Positions 1-10,332 of a stretch of 64,000 nucleotides of DNA are shown here, piece after piece. The notes beneath the pieces are model-generated. The model was not told the origin of the DNA and ran no database searches. It saw nothing but the letters and a program-made list of their open reading frames with translations. Positions within the stretch are counted from its first letter, which is position 1. The number at the start of each line of letters is the position of its first letter. A program made the position numbers and the translations under genes. Origin of the DNA: Motiliproteus sp. (GTDB lineage: Bacteria > Pseudomonadota > Gammaproteobacteria > Pseudomonadales > Balneatricaceae); contig JAPHRD010000037.1 in NCBI GenBank assembly GCA_026196225.1, forward strand, positions 6,855-70,854, in the 5' to 3' direction.

Positions 1-85
1 GCTGATTTATAAGGGGTAATGGTAGTTATCGGCCAGCCTGTCTATTTTTTAACCAGAAAAAATTTCATCAACGAGCGGAAAGATC

Positions 86-406
86 ATGAACAATCTGTTT
101 GCCGGAATCCCTTCAGATCTGCCCCAAGAACTCATCGATACCCTGTTGGAAGCCGAGGGGCTACGACTGCAGCGTATCGTTTCCAGCAACCACAGCTCAG
201 CAGAGGGGTTCTGGTATCAGCAACAGGAAAACGAGTGGGTATTGGTGATTCAGGGGGCAGCTCGGCTGCAGATTGAAGAACAGGATCAGGAGCTGGAGCT
301 AAAAACCGGTGACTACCTCAACATCCCTGCAGGCCTGCGTCACCGGGTCAGTTGGACAAGCGCCGATCCCGACTGTATCTGGCTGTGTCTTTTTTATCCG
401 GCGTAG
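86..406 (+). CDS. cupin domain protein
   Basis: 106-aa ORF with cupin beta-barrel-type segments (WVLVIQG..., GDYLNIPAGLRHRV). The 3' end overlaps the convergent GGDEF gene by 13 nt. Confidence 0.6.
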   Translation: MNNLFAGIPSDLPQELIDTLLEAEGLRLQRIVSSNHSSAEGFWYQQQENEWVLVIQGAARLQIEEQDQELELKTGDYLNIPAGLRHRVSWTSADPDCIWLCLFYPA

Positions 407-1824
407 GCGGGACCGTCGGCGGTCGAATCAACCACCCGATTGCGACCGGCATCCTTGGCAGCATAGAGACGATGGTCAACCCAACTAAGAAGCTGATCCA
501 TAGGTTGATTGAGCTGGTACTCCAACACCCCAAAGCTGGCGGTCACTTGCAAAGGCAGTGGAAAATCATGCTCGCTAATCGCCATCCTTAGCTTTTCGGC
601 AATCTCAAAACCGCCCCGCTCCCGGGTCTCCGGGCAGATAATCAGAAATTCTTCGCCACCCCAGCGACCAAAAATATCATTGCGACGCAACAGCTGTACA
701 ACCAGATTGCTGATCTCTACCAGCACCCGATCGCCTCCCTGATGGCCGAAGCGGTCATTGACCCGCTTAAAATAATCGATATCGAACAGAATTACTGTAA
801 AGGGGCGCTGGTAACGATTAAAGCGTTCCATCTCCCGCTGAAGCTCTTGGTCCAAACGTACCCGATTAGCGATTCCGGTTAAAAAATCGGTACTACTGAG
901 CCGTTCCAACTCGCGATTTTTCTCCTCAAGTTTGAGGTTAAATTTACGAATATCACGGTTGCGATAGATCAGTACCCCAAAGATCACCATCACAATAACC
1001 AACACCTGCCAGAACAGCCGGTAATCAACACCGTGCTCCAGTCGTACCGTATACCAGCGCTGCAGAATTTGGTTTTTTAGCTCTGGCCGCAGCTCCAGCA
1101 CTGCGTGTTGGAATGCCGATAGCAGTAATGGATCATCTTTGCGCACCCCCACCCGGAATTCGTTTTTGTACTCGGTGTGACCAGCTATTTTCAGATTGCT
1201 CAGCCCCAATTCCTGAATCTGACGGAGAATAATAAACAGAGGGTCCATGGTGGCGTAAATCTCGCCATCGGCGACCTTTTTAAGCGCATCCCCCATGGAT
1301 TGAACATGCACGATTTCTATATCGGGAAAGTCCCGCCGAATCAGCTCTTCATAGACATACCCTTCAACAATACCCAGGGTTTTTCCGGACATCGATGCAA
1401 GTCCATCCAGATAGACTACGTCATTGCGAGCCACCAACACCACCGCCGAGCTGACATAAGGATCGGTAAAACTCAGATATTGCTTACGCTCAGGGCTTTC
1501 GTTCAATAACGACAGGATGTCGCATTTTCGGGCTTTAGCGTACTCCACCGACTGTGACCAGCTTTCAGTAGCCACCAGTTCAATCGGGGTAGCGAGGATC
1601 TTGGAAAATTGCTGCATAAAATCAGCGGCAATTCCAACATGGCGACCACGGCTATCGATCTCTTCAAAGGGCATCCAGTCGGGATCAACACACATGGTAA
1701 CCCGCCCCTTGCTTGCCAAGTGTTTTTGCTCAGCAAGGGGCAATGGACCAGCGAGTACAGCCACGGTAGAACAGGACAACCATAAAGCCAGCATAATGGT
1801 TGCAGGGAGTTTAATCCAAGGCAT
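394..1824 (-). CDS. diguanylate cyclase with periplasmic family-3 solute-binding sensor domain
   Basis: 476 aa. Signal/TM segment, SBP_bac_3-like N-terminal half, a second TM (VLVIVMVIFGVLIY), a coiled linker, and a GGDEF domain with RWGGEEF. Confidence 0.85.
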   Translation of the reverse strand: MPWIKLPATIMLALWLSCSTVAVLAGPLPLAEQKHLASKGRVTMCVDPDWMPFEEIDSRGRHVGIAADFMQQFSKILATPIELVATESWSQSVEYAKARKCDILSLLNESPERKQYLSFTDPYVSSAVVLVARNDVVYLDGLASMSGKTLGIVEGYVYEELIRRDFPDIEIVHVQSMGDALKKVADGEIYATMDPLFIILRQIQELGLSNLKIAGHTEYKNEFRVGVRKDDPLLLSAFQHAVLELRPELKNQILQRWYTVRLEHGVDYRLFWQVLVIVMVIFGVLIYRNRDIRKFNLKLEEKNRELERLSSTDFLTGIANRVRLDQELQREMERFNRYQRPFTVILFDIDYFKRVNDRFGHQGGDRVLVEISNLVVQLLRRNDIFGRWGGEEFLIICPETRERGGFEIAEKLRMAISEHDFPLPLQVTASFGVLEYQLNQPMDQLLSWVDHRLYAAKDAGRNRVVDSTADGPAYAG

Positions 1825-1946
1825 CCACGACCCTCTTTAAAACACTGCGAGGCGTCCTGCCAAATCACAATTCGATCAGCCAAAAAAGCTGATCGATTCA
1901 ATTAGCTTGTTGTAACTCTAGTGGAAAAGTAACACTTTATCTCAGG

Positions 1947-3491
1947 TTATTGGGCCACTTCTGCCGATAGGATCCTGCTCTTGTAGTATTTCACCAGTTT
2001 TGGATCGATAAGCAGACGGGTATTCAGCCGCTGTTTTGCACCTGAGGCCAGGCTGCCGCTAATCTCTTTACGACTTTTGCGAAGGCCACCAAAACCGTCA
2101 GGATACTGAACCTCAATCACCAGATTTTTAACCGTCTTCGGTGTGGGGTTGCTGACCTCGATAAACCAGCGACCCAGCGAATCACTGACGTTTCTGAGTT
2201 TTATATATTTCTGCGGATTATCAGGCAGATCCAACTCAACCAATGATGCCAGGGCAGCCTTACCGGCACTGCTCTGATGCTCTGCGGCAGAGGCGTAATA
2301 CTCTTTGGCAGTAGAAATATCTCCTGCATCTCGAGACAGGTCACCTAAGGCATTAAAGGCATTGGCTGTGGGCAACAGCTGATTGCTTCGCTCCAGATCC
2401 ACCTTGGCCTGTTTGCCGTTATCCAGCTTATTGTTCACCAGGCCACGGCGCAGATGGTAATAGAAAAACTCCTCATTCAGGCCAATTGCTTTGGTGTATT
2501 GAGTACGGGCCGATTTAAATCGGTTGGACTTATAGTGCAGGTCTCCGAGAAAGGAATAGAAATGTCCCTCCCTGGGCTCTATCTTAATAGCCTTGTTAAT
2601 CAGATTCAGAGCGGTCTTTTTTTCACCTTTAGACAAAGCTTTTTGTGCCTTGTCGTAGGCTTCGTAGGCGGGTTCTGACTTGGTCAATCGCGCCATCATC
2701 TTGGCATAGCGATCACGCCCCACGTCACCACCTTTGGGCAATCCAGCCGCGATCTTGATGTTATTGTCGACTCGTTCCTGGGACGGCGGGTGACTGGAAA
2801 ACAATCCCTTCAGCCAATTCTGCTGCTTACCATCTTTGAGTTTCACAAAAGTCCGCTGCAGATCCACTGCTCCCTGTGGGTCGTATCCAGCCCGGGCCAT
2901 ATACTCCATGCCATAGTGGTCCGATTCTCGCTCGGCATCACGACCATACTTGGTATTGACCAGACTGGCTCCCAGACCAGCCCCTAGGCGGGCCAAATTG
3001 GCGTAGTTTTCACCCCGGGTTGCGATGGTGGTACCCAACACAACACCTTGCATCAGCACGCCCCGCTGAACGCCTTGAGCACCATGGCGGGCGGCAGCGT
3101 GAACAATTTCGTGACCCAAGACGGCCGCCAGCTCAGACTCTGACTTCAGCTCGGTCAGCAAGCCTCGGTTAATAGCGATCTTACCCCCTGGTAGAGCCCA
3201 GGCGTTGGGTACAGAACTATTCAGGACATTAAATTCGTAGGGTAATTTGCGGTCGCTTACCTTAGCCAGACGCTGGCCCACTTCATTGACGTAAGCTTCC
3301 ACCTTGGGATCGACCACATAATCACCACCCTGGGATTGCCGCATGGGTAGATACTGCTGTTTACCGGTATTCAGTTCCCACTGTTCTGATACCAGGTTCA
3401 ACTCCTGTTTGCCGGTTACAGGGTTAGTGGAGCAGCCTGATGCTGCTAGCAGGGCTACCAATATTAGAGCCGAAATTGATTTCATCGCCAC
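1947..3491 (-). CDS. M48 family metallopeptidase lipoprotein with C-terminal TPR repeats
   Basis: 514 aa. Lipobox LAASGCS, HEIVHAAARH (HExxH), and a TPR-like C-terminal half. Resembles the BepA/YfgC-type architecture. Confidence 0.8.
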   Translation of the reverse strand: MAMKSISALILVALLAASGCSTNPVTGKQELNLVSEQWELNTGKQQYLPMRQSQGGDYVVDPKVEAYVNEVGQRLAKVSDRKLPYEFNVLNSSVPNAWALPGGKIAINRGLLTELKSESELAAVLGHEIVHAAARHGAQGVQRGVLMQGVVLGTTIATRGENYANLARLGAGLGASLVNTKYGRDAERESDHYGMEYMARAGYDPQGAVDLQRTFVKLKDGKQQNWLKGLFSSHPPSQERVDNNIKIAAGLPKGGDVGRDRYAKMMARLTKSEPAYEAYDKAQKALSKGEKKTALNLINKAIKIEPREGHFYSFLGDLHYKSNRFKSARTQYTKAIGLNEEFFYYHLRRGLVNNKLDNGKQAKVDLERSNQLLPTANAFNALGDLSRDAGDISTAKEYYASAAEHQSSAGKAALASLVELDLPDNPQKYIKLRNVSDSLGRWFIEVSNPTPKTVKNLVIEVQYPDGFGGLRKSRKEISGSLASGAKQRLNTRLLIDPKLVKYYKSRILSAEVAQ

Positions 3492-3760
3492 ATTCCTTGA
3501 TCAGACCAGTGATTGATTGGCATTAAACACTTTGAGCACATTTTGTACCAGAAGGTTTCAGCTGATTAAGCTCCTTAGGGTGCCAGTGCGTTTCGATCCT
3601 GTGTTTCAGATTTACTACCAAAGTGATCAGTTTTTTCTACACTTAAGGCATTAACGTCTGTAAATTGAGCCGGAATCCGCGCCAAAAATCCAGTTAATTG
3701 TTCTTTAAAACAGCAAGTTAACATTGCCGCCATTTCCGTCCTGATTACAGGGAGGCAGCT

Positions 3761-4720
3761 ATGTTAAGAGTAATTCTAGCACTCAGTTTATTCTGTTTTC
3801 CCGCAATGAGTCTGTCCGCCACGGTGTCAGAGGGTCAGATTCGGGTCGCCATCATCGATAAGTTTTTTCCGCCACAGGGTGGTTTTCAAGATGAGGATCA
3901 TCGCCGTTCCAGCAATTGGCTATACGGCTTGGTGGATCTAGATCAGGACGATGAACGCGAACCCTACTATCACGGAGACATGGTCCATCTCATCGCTGCA
4001 CACCCACGCTTCTCCTTTCACCACTACCCTATGCGTAATAATGCCCAGCCACTGGAGGAGATCTTAGTTAATCTGAAGAAAATTGATGCCTCAATGCCCT
4101 ATCGGCCAATCGATGCGCTGATCTTATCCTGGGAGTCCTCCACCCTGATCAGCTCTTTTGAAAAGCCGCTGCGTCGACAGAACGTGGGGATATACCGCTG
4201 GCAGCTTAAGCAGTGGGGACTATCCACCCGAAGCTGGCAAGCCACCGAGGAGATTATCGAGATGCTGGAAATCCTGGCTGATCAAAACATCCAGATATTT
4301 ACCATCGCTGGCAACGGCGGGCGAGGCATGGTCAATACCTTTTCATTTGCCCGAGGTGTAACCACCGTCGGCGCCAAAGAGCCAGAGCTCAGCCACTTTA
4401 TCGCTGACAACAGTTTCGTCGATCTCTATGAACAAGCCGCCTACACCATCACTCGGGTAGATGATAACGATGGCACCCCCCTGGGTTACGATGTTGATGG
4501 TGACGGCTGTGCCGACATCCCTCTTGAGCGATTAAGCGGCCAGCAAAAACAGCAGAAGACAACTGAAGGACTGCCGAAAACCGCATGGAAGCCCATTAAA
4601 GGTTCCTCCTTTGCAGCACCTATGGCCTTTAAAAAAACCATGCTGGCAAAAAATAGCATTGGAAACATTGCCGATCATCGGCGCTGCACCTTGTTGGCAG
4701 CCAATTCTCAACTAAAATAG
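3761..4720 (+). CDS. secreted compact subtilase-like (S8) peptidase, putative
   Basis: 319 aa with a signal peptide. Candidate S8 motifs occur in canonical order: VAIIDKF (Asp), YYHGDMVHLIAA (His), IAGNGGRG (oxyanion Asn), KGSSFAAPMA (Ser). Confidence 0.5.
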   Translation: MLRVILALSLFCFPAMSLSATVSEGQIRVAIIDKFFPPQGGFQDEDHRRSSNWLYGLVDLDQDDEREPYYHGDMVHLIAAHPRFSFHHYPMRNNAQPLEEILVNLKKIDASMPYRPIDALILSWESSTLISSFEKPLRRQNVGIYRWQLKQWGLSTRSWQATEEIIEMLEILADQNIQIFTIAGNGGRGMVNTFSFARGVTTVGAKEPELSHFIADNSFVDLYEQAAYTITRVDDNDGTPLGYDVDGDGCADIPLERLSGQQKQQKTTEGLPKTAWKPIKGSSFAAPMAFKKTMLAKNSIGNIADHRRCTLLAANSQLK

Positions 4721-4808
4721 ATCGACGAACTGGTGCCAATTCAATTAATACATAGACGGCCTGTCTGGAAAATACAGCTTTGGCAGGAAATATACTGAGG
4801 AACATTCA

Positions 4809-5057
4809 ATGGGTATTATCTCCTGGATCATACTGGGTCTAATTGCCGGAGCATTGGCGAAATGGATTATGCCTGGCAAAGATGGCGGCGGCATGTTGCT
4901 GACCATGGCACTGGGTATCGTCGGTGCATTTTTGGGTGGCTGGCTAGGATCTTTCGCCGGTATGGGAACCACAGGGGGGCTAAGCCTGAGCAGTATTGGC
5001 ACCGCTACCGTTGGTGCCCTACTGGTGTTGTTTGCCTATCGCTCGCTAAAAACCTAA
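4809..5057 (+). CDS. GlsB/YeaQ/YmgE family stress-response membrane protein
   Basis: 82 aa, glycine-rich with 3 TM. N-terminus MGIISWIILGLIAGALAKWIMPG is typical of the transglycosylase-associated family. Confidence 0.85.
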   Translation: MGIISWIILGLIAGALAKWIMPGKDGGGMLLTMALGIVGAFLGGWLGSFAGMGTTGGLSLSSIGTATVGALLVLFAYRSLKT

Positions 5058-5114
5058 AGCTGATCGGAGCAGGCTGATTGCTCACCTGCTCGCAGAAATA
5101 TAACCTGACTACAT

Positions 5115-5561
5115 CTATCGGCAACCCGATACAGACTCCTGTTCGCTATCTTTTTTGATCGACAGCGCCACACCTTCAGCACCCGCGTAGAACACGATCA
5201 ATTCAGAGTCTTCGGTGAATACGCCTTGGTGCCAAGTGTTAACCACTTCGATCAGCCCATCTCCTTTTTGGAACAGAATCTCACGGCCATCCTCCTTGAC
5301 CACCTTAACGCTGCCGCTAAGCACATAGGCTCCCAACGGTACAGTATGACAGTGCATAGCCAAGATCAGCGGTTCAGGTCCAGCCTTCACGGAGATTTTC
5401 TGAACACTCAATTCCGCTTTGCCGCTGGGATATTGAAAATTCCCACCATCCCAACTGCTAGTCCCTTTCGCCAATATCGTGGCCTCAACATCTGCGGCCG
5501 AAACGGCAACAGAACCCAGCAAACCTAATACTGCACTCAACGCTAATACTTTGAATTTCAT
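5115..5561 (-). CDS. periplasmic cupin domain protein
   Basis: Start placed at the internal ATG (MKFKVLALSAVLGLLGSVAVSA signal peptide). Cupin core HCHTVPLGAYVLSGSV. Confidence 0.65.
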   Translation of the reverse strand: MKFKVLALSAVLGLLGSVAVSAADVEATILAKGTSSWDGGNFQYPSGKAELSVQKISVKAGPEPLILAMHCHTVPLGAYVLSGSVKVVKEDGREILFQKGDGLIEVVNTWHQGVFTEDSELIVFYAGAEGVALSIKKDSEQESVSGCR

Positions 5562-5838
5562 CACGTCTACCTTGGTTAACAATCTTTCGGCTACCACCTG
5601 ATCAGGGGCTGCAATCATCAACGGATAATGAAGCAAAGTTCTGACCGCCTCAAGACTCGGGTTTCCTGGCGTAAACCACCGCTTACAAATTTCTTACAAA
5701 ATCCAAAAACCGATCTGACCATTTAAACCCTTAATCCACATACAGTGACTTACAGAACAACGCGCTATCCGCCATCCAATACCAGTGGTTTCGCAGACAG
5801 CAGCGTTTCCCTATACTCACTGAACAAGGATCAAAGCC

Positions 5839-7194
5839 ATGCAGATTCAACATTCATTAAAACGGGCACTGCTGGCCGGCGTGATGGCACTCACCACTGT
5901 TGCCTTCACGACACCGGCCCAAGCCAGTCTCAAAGCCCCCAACGAGATCGACCTAAACATCAATCTGGCCACCCCTGTGATGGAGGCTAACAAGACCCAT
6001 AAAGCCTTTATCAAAATTTCCCTTGAAGGATTCAAGCAACAAAGCCAGCAACAGAGGATCCCTGCCAATATCGCCATCGTACTGGACAAGTCTGGCTCCA
6101 TGGCTGGTGATAAGCTCGCCCAGGCCCGGGAAGCGGCCATTATGGCGATTCGACGCCTGGACAGTCGCGATATCGTCTCCGTGGTGAGCTACGACTCACG
6201 AGTCAAGGTGGTGGTTCCCGCCACCAAGGTCAGCGATAAAAACAGCATCTACCAGGCGATCAGGAGTATCCGCGCCAATGGCAACACCGCCCTGTTTGCC
6301 GGAGTCAGCAAAGGGGCAAGGGAGCTACGCAAGTTCCTTGACCAGAACAAGGTAAACCGTGTCATCTTGCTCTCAGACGGCCTCGCCAATGTCGGCCCGC
6401 AAACGCCCAACGAACTGGGGCAACTGGGTGCCTCTCTGGCTAAGGAAGGTATGAGTGTCACCACCATTGGTTTGGGCCTGGGTTACAACGAAGATCTGAT
6501 GACCCGCCTGGCCGGTTTTAGCGACGGCAACCACGCCTTTGTTGAAAACGCCGAGGACCTGGCCAGCATTTTTCAATACGAATTTGGCGATGTGCTGTCG
6601 GTCGTGGCACAAGGCGTCAGTATCGAAATCCATTGCCGTGAGGGGGTCAAACCTCTGCGTCTGCTGGGTCGTGAGAGCGAGATCATGGGCAACCGGGTCC
6701 GCACCCGCCTGAATCAGCTCTACAGCGAGCAGGAGAAGTTTATTATTCTCGAGGTTGAAGTCCCCTCGCAGAATGCCGGCACAGAGCTTGAATTGGCAAC
6801 GGTGGATGTGGATTACTACAACCTCCATAGCCAGGACAAGCGCCAGGTCAGCAACCGCGTAGTGGCCAACTTCAGCCAATCCAAACAGGAAGTTAAAGCG
6901 GCGGTTGATACTAAAGCGCTGGAGTCAGCGGTGGAACAGGTCGCCAACGAATACAGCCGTGAAGCGTTGGAGAAGCGGGACCAAGGCGATATCCAGGGAG
7001 CGCAACAGATCCTTGAAAAGAGTGCCAGTTATCTGGGTTCACAAGGTGCCGCGCTAAGCTCACCCAAGTTGCTGGAGCAGAAGGCCGAAGCGCTGAAAGA
7101 TGCCGATGAATTGGACGACGAACAGCAATGGAACAAAAAACGTAAAGAGCTGAAGGCCCGTCAATATAAACGCGCTACCCAGCAGAAATATTAA
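5839..7194 (+). CDS. secreted von Willebrand factor type A (VWA) domain protein with charged C-terminal tail
   Basis: 451 aa. Signal peptide, MIDAS motif VLDKSGSMAG, ILLSDGLAN, and a K/E/Q-rich C-terminus. Confidence 0.8.
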   Translation: MQIQHSLKRALLAGVMALTTVAFTTPAQASLKAPNEIDLNINLATPVMEANKTHKAFIKISLEGFKQQSQQQRIPANIAIVLDKSGSMAGDKLAQAREAAIMAIRRLDSRDIVSVVSYDSRVKVVVPATKVSDKNSIYQAIRSIRANGNTALFAGVSKGARELRKFLDQNKVNRVILLSDGLANVGPQTPNELGQLGASLAKEGMSVTTIGLGLGYNEDLMTRLAGFSDGNHAFVENAEDLASIFQYEFGDVLSVVAQGVSIEIHCREGVKPLRLLGRESEIMGNRVRTRLNQLYSEQEKFIILEVEVPSQNAGTELELATVDVDYYNLHSQDKRQVSNRVVANFSQSKQEVKAAVDTKALESAVEQVANEYSREALEKRDQGDIQGAQQILEKSASYLGSQGAALSSPKLLEQKAEALKDADELDDEQQWNKKRKELKARQYKRATQQKY

Positions 7195-7209
7195 TACTGA
7201 CGGGGCTCC

Positions 7210-8943
7210 ATGGAGCCCCTCATCAATGGACACAACATGCTGATCAAACGAACGCCTTTAATCCTGTCAGTGATTGTCCTGCTACCGGTGACAATCCTGG
7301 CTTGGTTCGCAATTCAGCATCAGAGCAACCAACAACTGCTACTGCAACACCAATTCAGTAATTTGATCGAACTCCGATTGCAGAGTATCGATCGACAGTT
7401 GCAGGAACACTTCCAAGCCCTGCAGCGCCGCCTTCTCCCCGATGCCCAACAACTTCAGCAACAAAACCCCAGCTATCCAGCAGAAGCACTGAGAAAGTAC
7501 ACCAAAAGCTCCCCCTGGCTTAGCCAGATATTTGTCTTAGGTGCCGATGCTGAACGCATATTCCCACCCCAAGCTAAACCTTTGAATAAGCAGGAGCAGG
7601 CATTTGTCAGAGACAGTGGCACGCTGCTCTCTTCTCCTCAGCTGTTTACCCAACAGCGCCCCGAACTTGAAGCTGGATCGCCGATAGAACCTCAGCTTAG
7701 TCAACGAGATTCCAATTCCTCCAGCCGGCTAAAACTCTACAGCGCCCCCCTACCGCAGGCGAGCAACAGCGAAGCAGACTTAGCCCTGGCCACCGAAACA
7801 GGCCCCCATGGCTGGCTGGCCTGGTATGCCGATACCGGATTGCAGCACATCTTCTGGTGGCAGGATCCCGAGGGTCAGATTCTAGGCTTTGTTCTCAATG
7901 GTGCCCGGCTACTGTCGGACCTGTTAAACAGGCTACCGGAAGGGGATGCCAATGATCTGGCCAAGGCCGAGATTCGACTGATCAACAATCGTGATGAGGT
8001 GATCTACAGTTGGGGCCAGTATCAGCCAGCAGAGCAAGCAAGTCCGTTAAAAATCCGGGCCCTCAGCCACCCCATCGGTAGCTGGCGACTGGCCTACTTT
8101 TCCCCCCGCCTGCAAACGACTGGAACCGATTGGCTGGGCGTGGCCAGTTGGTTGCTACTGCTGACCGCCGGACTCGGGACTTTGGCCTTCCTGCTATACC
8201 GGGCACATATCCGAGAGTTACGGTTAGCGGAGCAACGGGTAAATTTCGTCAACCAAGTATCCCACGAGTTAAAGACCCCGTTAACCAATGTTCGCCTCTA
8301 CGCAGAGATGTTGGAACAGGAGTTACCGGAACCCGAAGAGGAGCCTCTGGTTCGTCGATATTTGAGTGTAATTACCAGCGAAAGCCAGCGTTTATCCCGA
8401 CTTATTGACAACGTTTTAAGCTTTTCCCGACTTCGCCGCGACGCCCTCAAGGTCACGCTACAATCAGGGCAGATAGACCATTGCATCGATCAGGTGATTG
8501 AAAACTTTGCCCCGGCCCTGCGGGACCGTGAACTACAGGTCAGTTTCCAGGCAGAAGCTGCCGATACCCGCCTGTTCGATTGCCAGGCCCTGGAACAGAT
8601 TCTTAATAATCTGATCAGCAACAGCGAGAAGTACGCCGCGTCGGGCAAAAAGATCGACATCCACAGCTGGCAGGATGCCGCCAACAGCTATATCCGCATC
8701 CGCGACTATGGCCCCGGCATCCAGCCAGAACAATCTGAAAAGATCTTCAGCCCCTTCTATCGCATCAGCAATAAACTTACCGATGGTGTCAGCGGTACCG
8801 GTATCGGACTGGGGCTGGCACGGGATCTTGCCCGCGCCCACGGCGGTGATCTGGTGCTGGAAAAACGATCTGAGAAAGAACCTGGAGCCAGCTTCGTACT
8901 CCAGATTGCAACACCAGCAAGCGATGACAATCAGGATCAATAA
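7210..8943 (+). CDS. sensor histidine kinase (large periplasmic domain)
   Basis: 577 aa. N-terminal TM, about 270-aa periplasmic region, second TM, H-box VSHELKTPLTNV, N box NLISNSEKY, G2 box GTGIGLGLA. The start could instead be the ATG at 7237. Confidence 0.85.
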   Translation: MEPLINGHNMLIKRTPLILSVIVLLPVTILAWFAIQHQSNQQLLLQHQFSNLIELRLQSIDRQLQEHFQALQRRLLPDAQQLQQQNPSYPAEALRKYTKSSPWLSQIFVLGADAERIFPPQAKPLNKQEQAFVRDSGTLLSSPQLFTQQRPELEAGSPIEPQLSQRDSNSSSRLKLYSAPLPQASNSEADLALATETGPHGWLAWYADTGLQHIFWWQDPEGQILGFVLNGARLLSDLLNRLPEGDANDLAKAEIRLINNRDEVIYSWGQYQPAEQASPLKIRALSHPIGSWRLAYFSPRLQTTGTDWLGVASWLLLLTAGLGTLAFLLYRAHIRELRLAEQRVNFVNQVSHELKTPLTNVRLYAEMLEQELPEPEEEPLVRRYLSVITSESQRLSRLIDNVLSFSRLRRDALKVTLQSGQIDHCIDQVIENFAPALRDRELQVSFQAEAADTRLFDCQALEQILNNLISNSEKYAASGKKIDIHSWQDAANSYIRIRDYGPGIQPEQSEKIFSPFYRISNKLTDGVSGTGIGLGLARDLARAHGGDLVLEKRSEKEPGASFVLQIATPASDDNQDQ

Positions 8944-8945
8944 CC

Positions 8946-9632
8946 ATGAAATTACTGATAGCCGAAGACGATCTTAATATCCGCCAGGGGCTCAGGGCTC
9001 TGCTGGAGAACGAAGGGTACGAGTGCATCGAAGCCGGCGACGGCGATCAGGCCTGGCAGCTGTATCAACAACAGCAACCCGACGCGGTACTACTGGATAT
9101 CATGATGCCCAAGCAGGATGGTTATAGTATTTGCCGCCAGATCCGACAGCACAGCGATACCGTACCGATAATTTTTATCACCGCCAAATCGGAAGAGATC
9201 GATCAGGTGCTGGGGCTGGAACTGGGCGCTGATGACTATATCAAAAAACCCTTTGGCAGCCGCGAAGTAATCGCCCGCCTACGCGCGGTAACCCGTCGGT
9301 GTCTGCAGATCCATTCCAATGCCCAGAACCCCGGTAATTTCCAGATGGGAGACCTGCAGGTTCTGCCCGATCAGCTCCGTGCCCAGCGTGAAGACGATGT
9401 CTACGAGCTGAGCCTGCGGGATCTGAAAATTCTCAAGCTACTTTACGACAACTGCGGCAAGGTGGTGGATCGTGAATCCCTGTTCAATCACTGCTGGGGG
9501 CGCAACTATCTGGCCAACAGTCGCAGTCTTGATCAGCAGATCTCCAAGCTCCGTAAAACCGTGGAGCTGGATCCCCGCCAACCGCAGATCATCCAGACAG
9601 TTCATGGCATCGGTTATCGTTACGACGGCTGA
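8946..9632 (+). CDS. OmpR-family response regulator
   Basis: 228 aa. Receiver domain (EDD...LLDIMMP...ITAK) plus winged helix (TVHGIGYRY). Starts 2 nt after the kinase stop. Confidence 0.9.
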   Translation: MKLLIAEDDLNIRQGLRALLENEGYECIEAGDGDQAWQLYQQQQPDAVLLDIMMPKQDGYSICRQIRQHSDTVPIIFITAKSEEIDQVLGLELGADDYIKKPFGSREVIARLRAVTRRCLQIHSNAQNPGNFQMGDLQVLPDQLRAQREDDVYELSLRDLKILKLLYDNCGKVVDRESLFNHCWGRNYLANSRSLDQQISKLRKTVELDPRQPQIIQTVHGIGYRYDG

Positions 9633-10321
9633 CATGTCTGATAAACACCCTGCAAACGAGCCAGGTGACCAGTCTTAACCAGAATCAGGCAACCCTGTTC
9701 GCTGAAAGGCTGGTGGCGGCTGTTATCCGGATTGCGAATCCAGGTCCCGGCCGGATAAGCTCCGAATTCATCTTCAAACCGCCCCTCTAGGACAAAGATC
9801 TCTTCACCACCAAAATGACTATGGGGATTAAAGCGTGTTCCCGGTTGCCAGCGAACCAAAGCGACCTGTTCGCTAAAACCATCTTGAGCAAACTGGTGCA
9901 GCGGCATCACCGACAGGCCATCCACCAATCCTGGCAACCACCCCTGTTGTGCCGTATCGATTCGAACTGGAGCCTGATCCTGAGATTGGAACATATTCAG
10001 TTTAACCAACAGGCGGCAGCCCTCACGGCTGGCGGGAGCATGCTGGGAGCCGGGTGGGTTGCGCAGATAAGTACCCGCAGGATAGCGCCCGTTCTCATCC
10101 TCAAAGACACCATCCAGCACCATGATCTCCTCCCCCATAGGGTGAAGATGGGAGGCAAACTGGCTACCCGGCAGGTATTCCACCACACTGGTAACCTGCC
10201 CCGACTCAGCGGCCTCCCGCTCCAACGGCTTGCGATTAACGCCTGCCGCCGGCGATGGCTGCCACTCCATGGCATCGGTATCGATAACCAGTCTCTGGCT
10301 GCGATCCATATTCAACATCAT
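9620..10321 (-). CDS. bicupin protein, ChrR C-terminal-like (no anti-sigma zinc domain)
   Basis: Two tandem cupin repeats (GSQFASHLHPMGEEIMVLDG / GTRFNPHSHFGGEEIFVLEG). Start set at ATG 10321 with AAGGA 7 nt upstream, 11 nt after the SDR stop. Confidence 0.6.
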   Translation of the reverse strand: MMLNMDRSQRLVIDTDAMEWQPSPAAGVNRKPLEREAAESGQVTSVVEYLPGSQFASHLHPMGEEIMVLDGVFEDENGRYPAGTYLRNPPGSQHAPASREGCRLLVKLNMFQSQDQAPVRIDTAQQGWLPGLVDGLSVMPLHQFAQDGFSEQVALVRWQPGTRFNPHSHFGGEEIFVLEGRFEDEFGAYPAGTWIRNPDNSRHQPFSEQGCLILVKTGHLARLQGVYQTCQPS

Positions 10322-10332
10322 CAGTAAATCCT

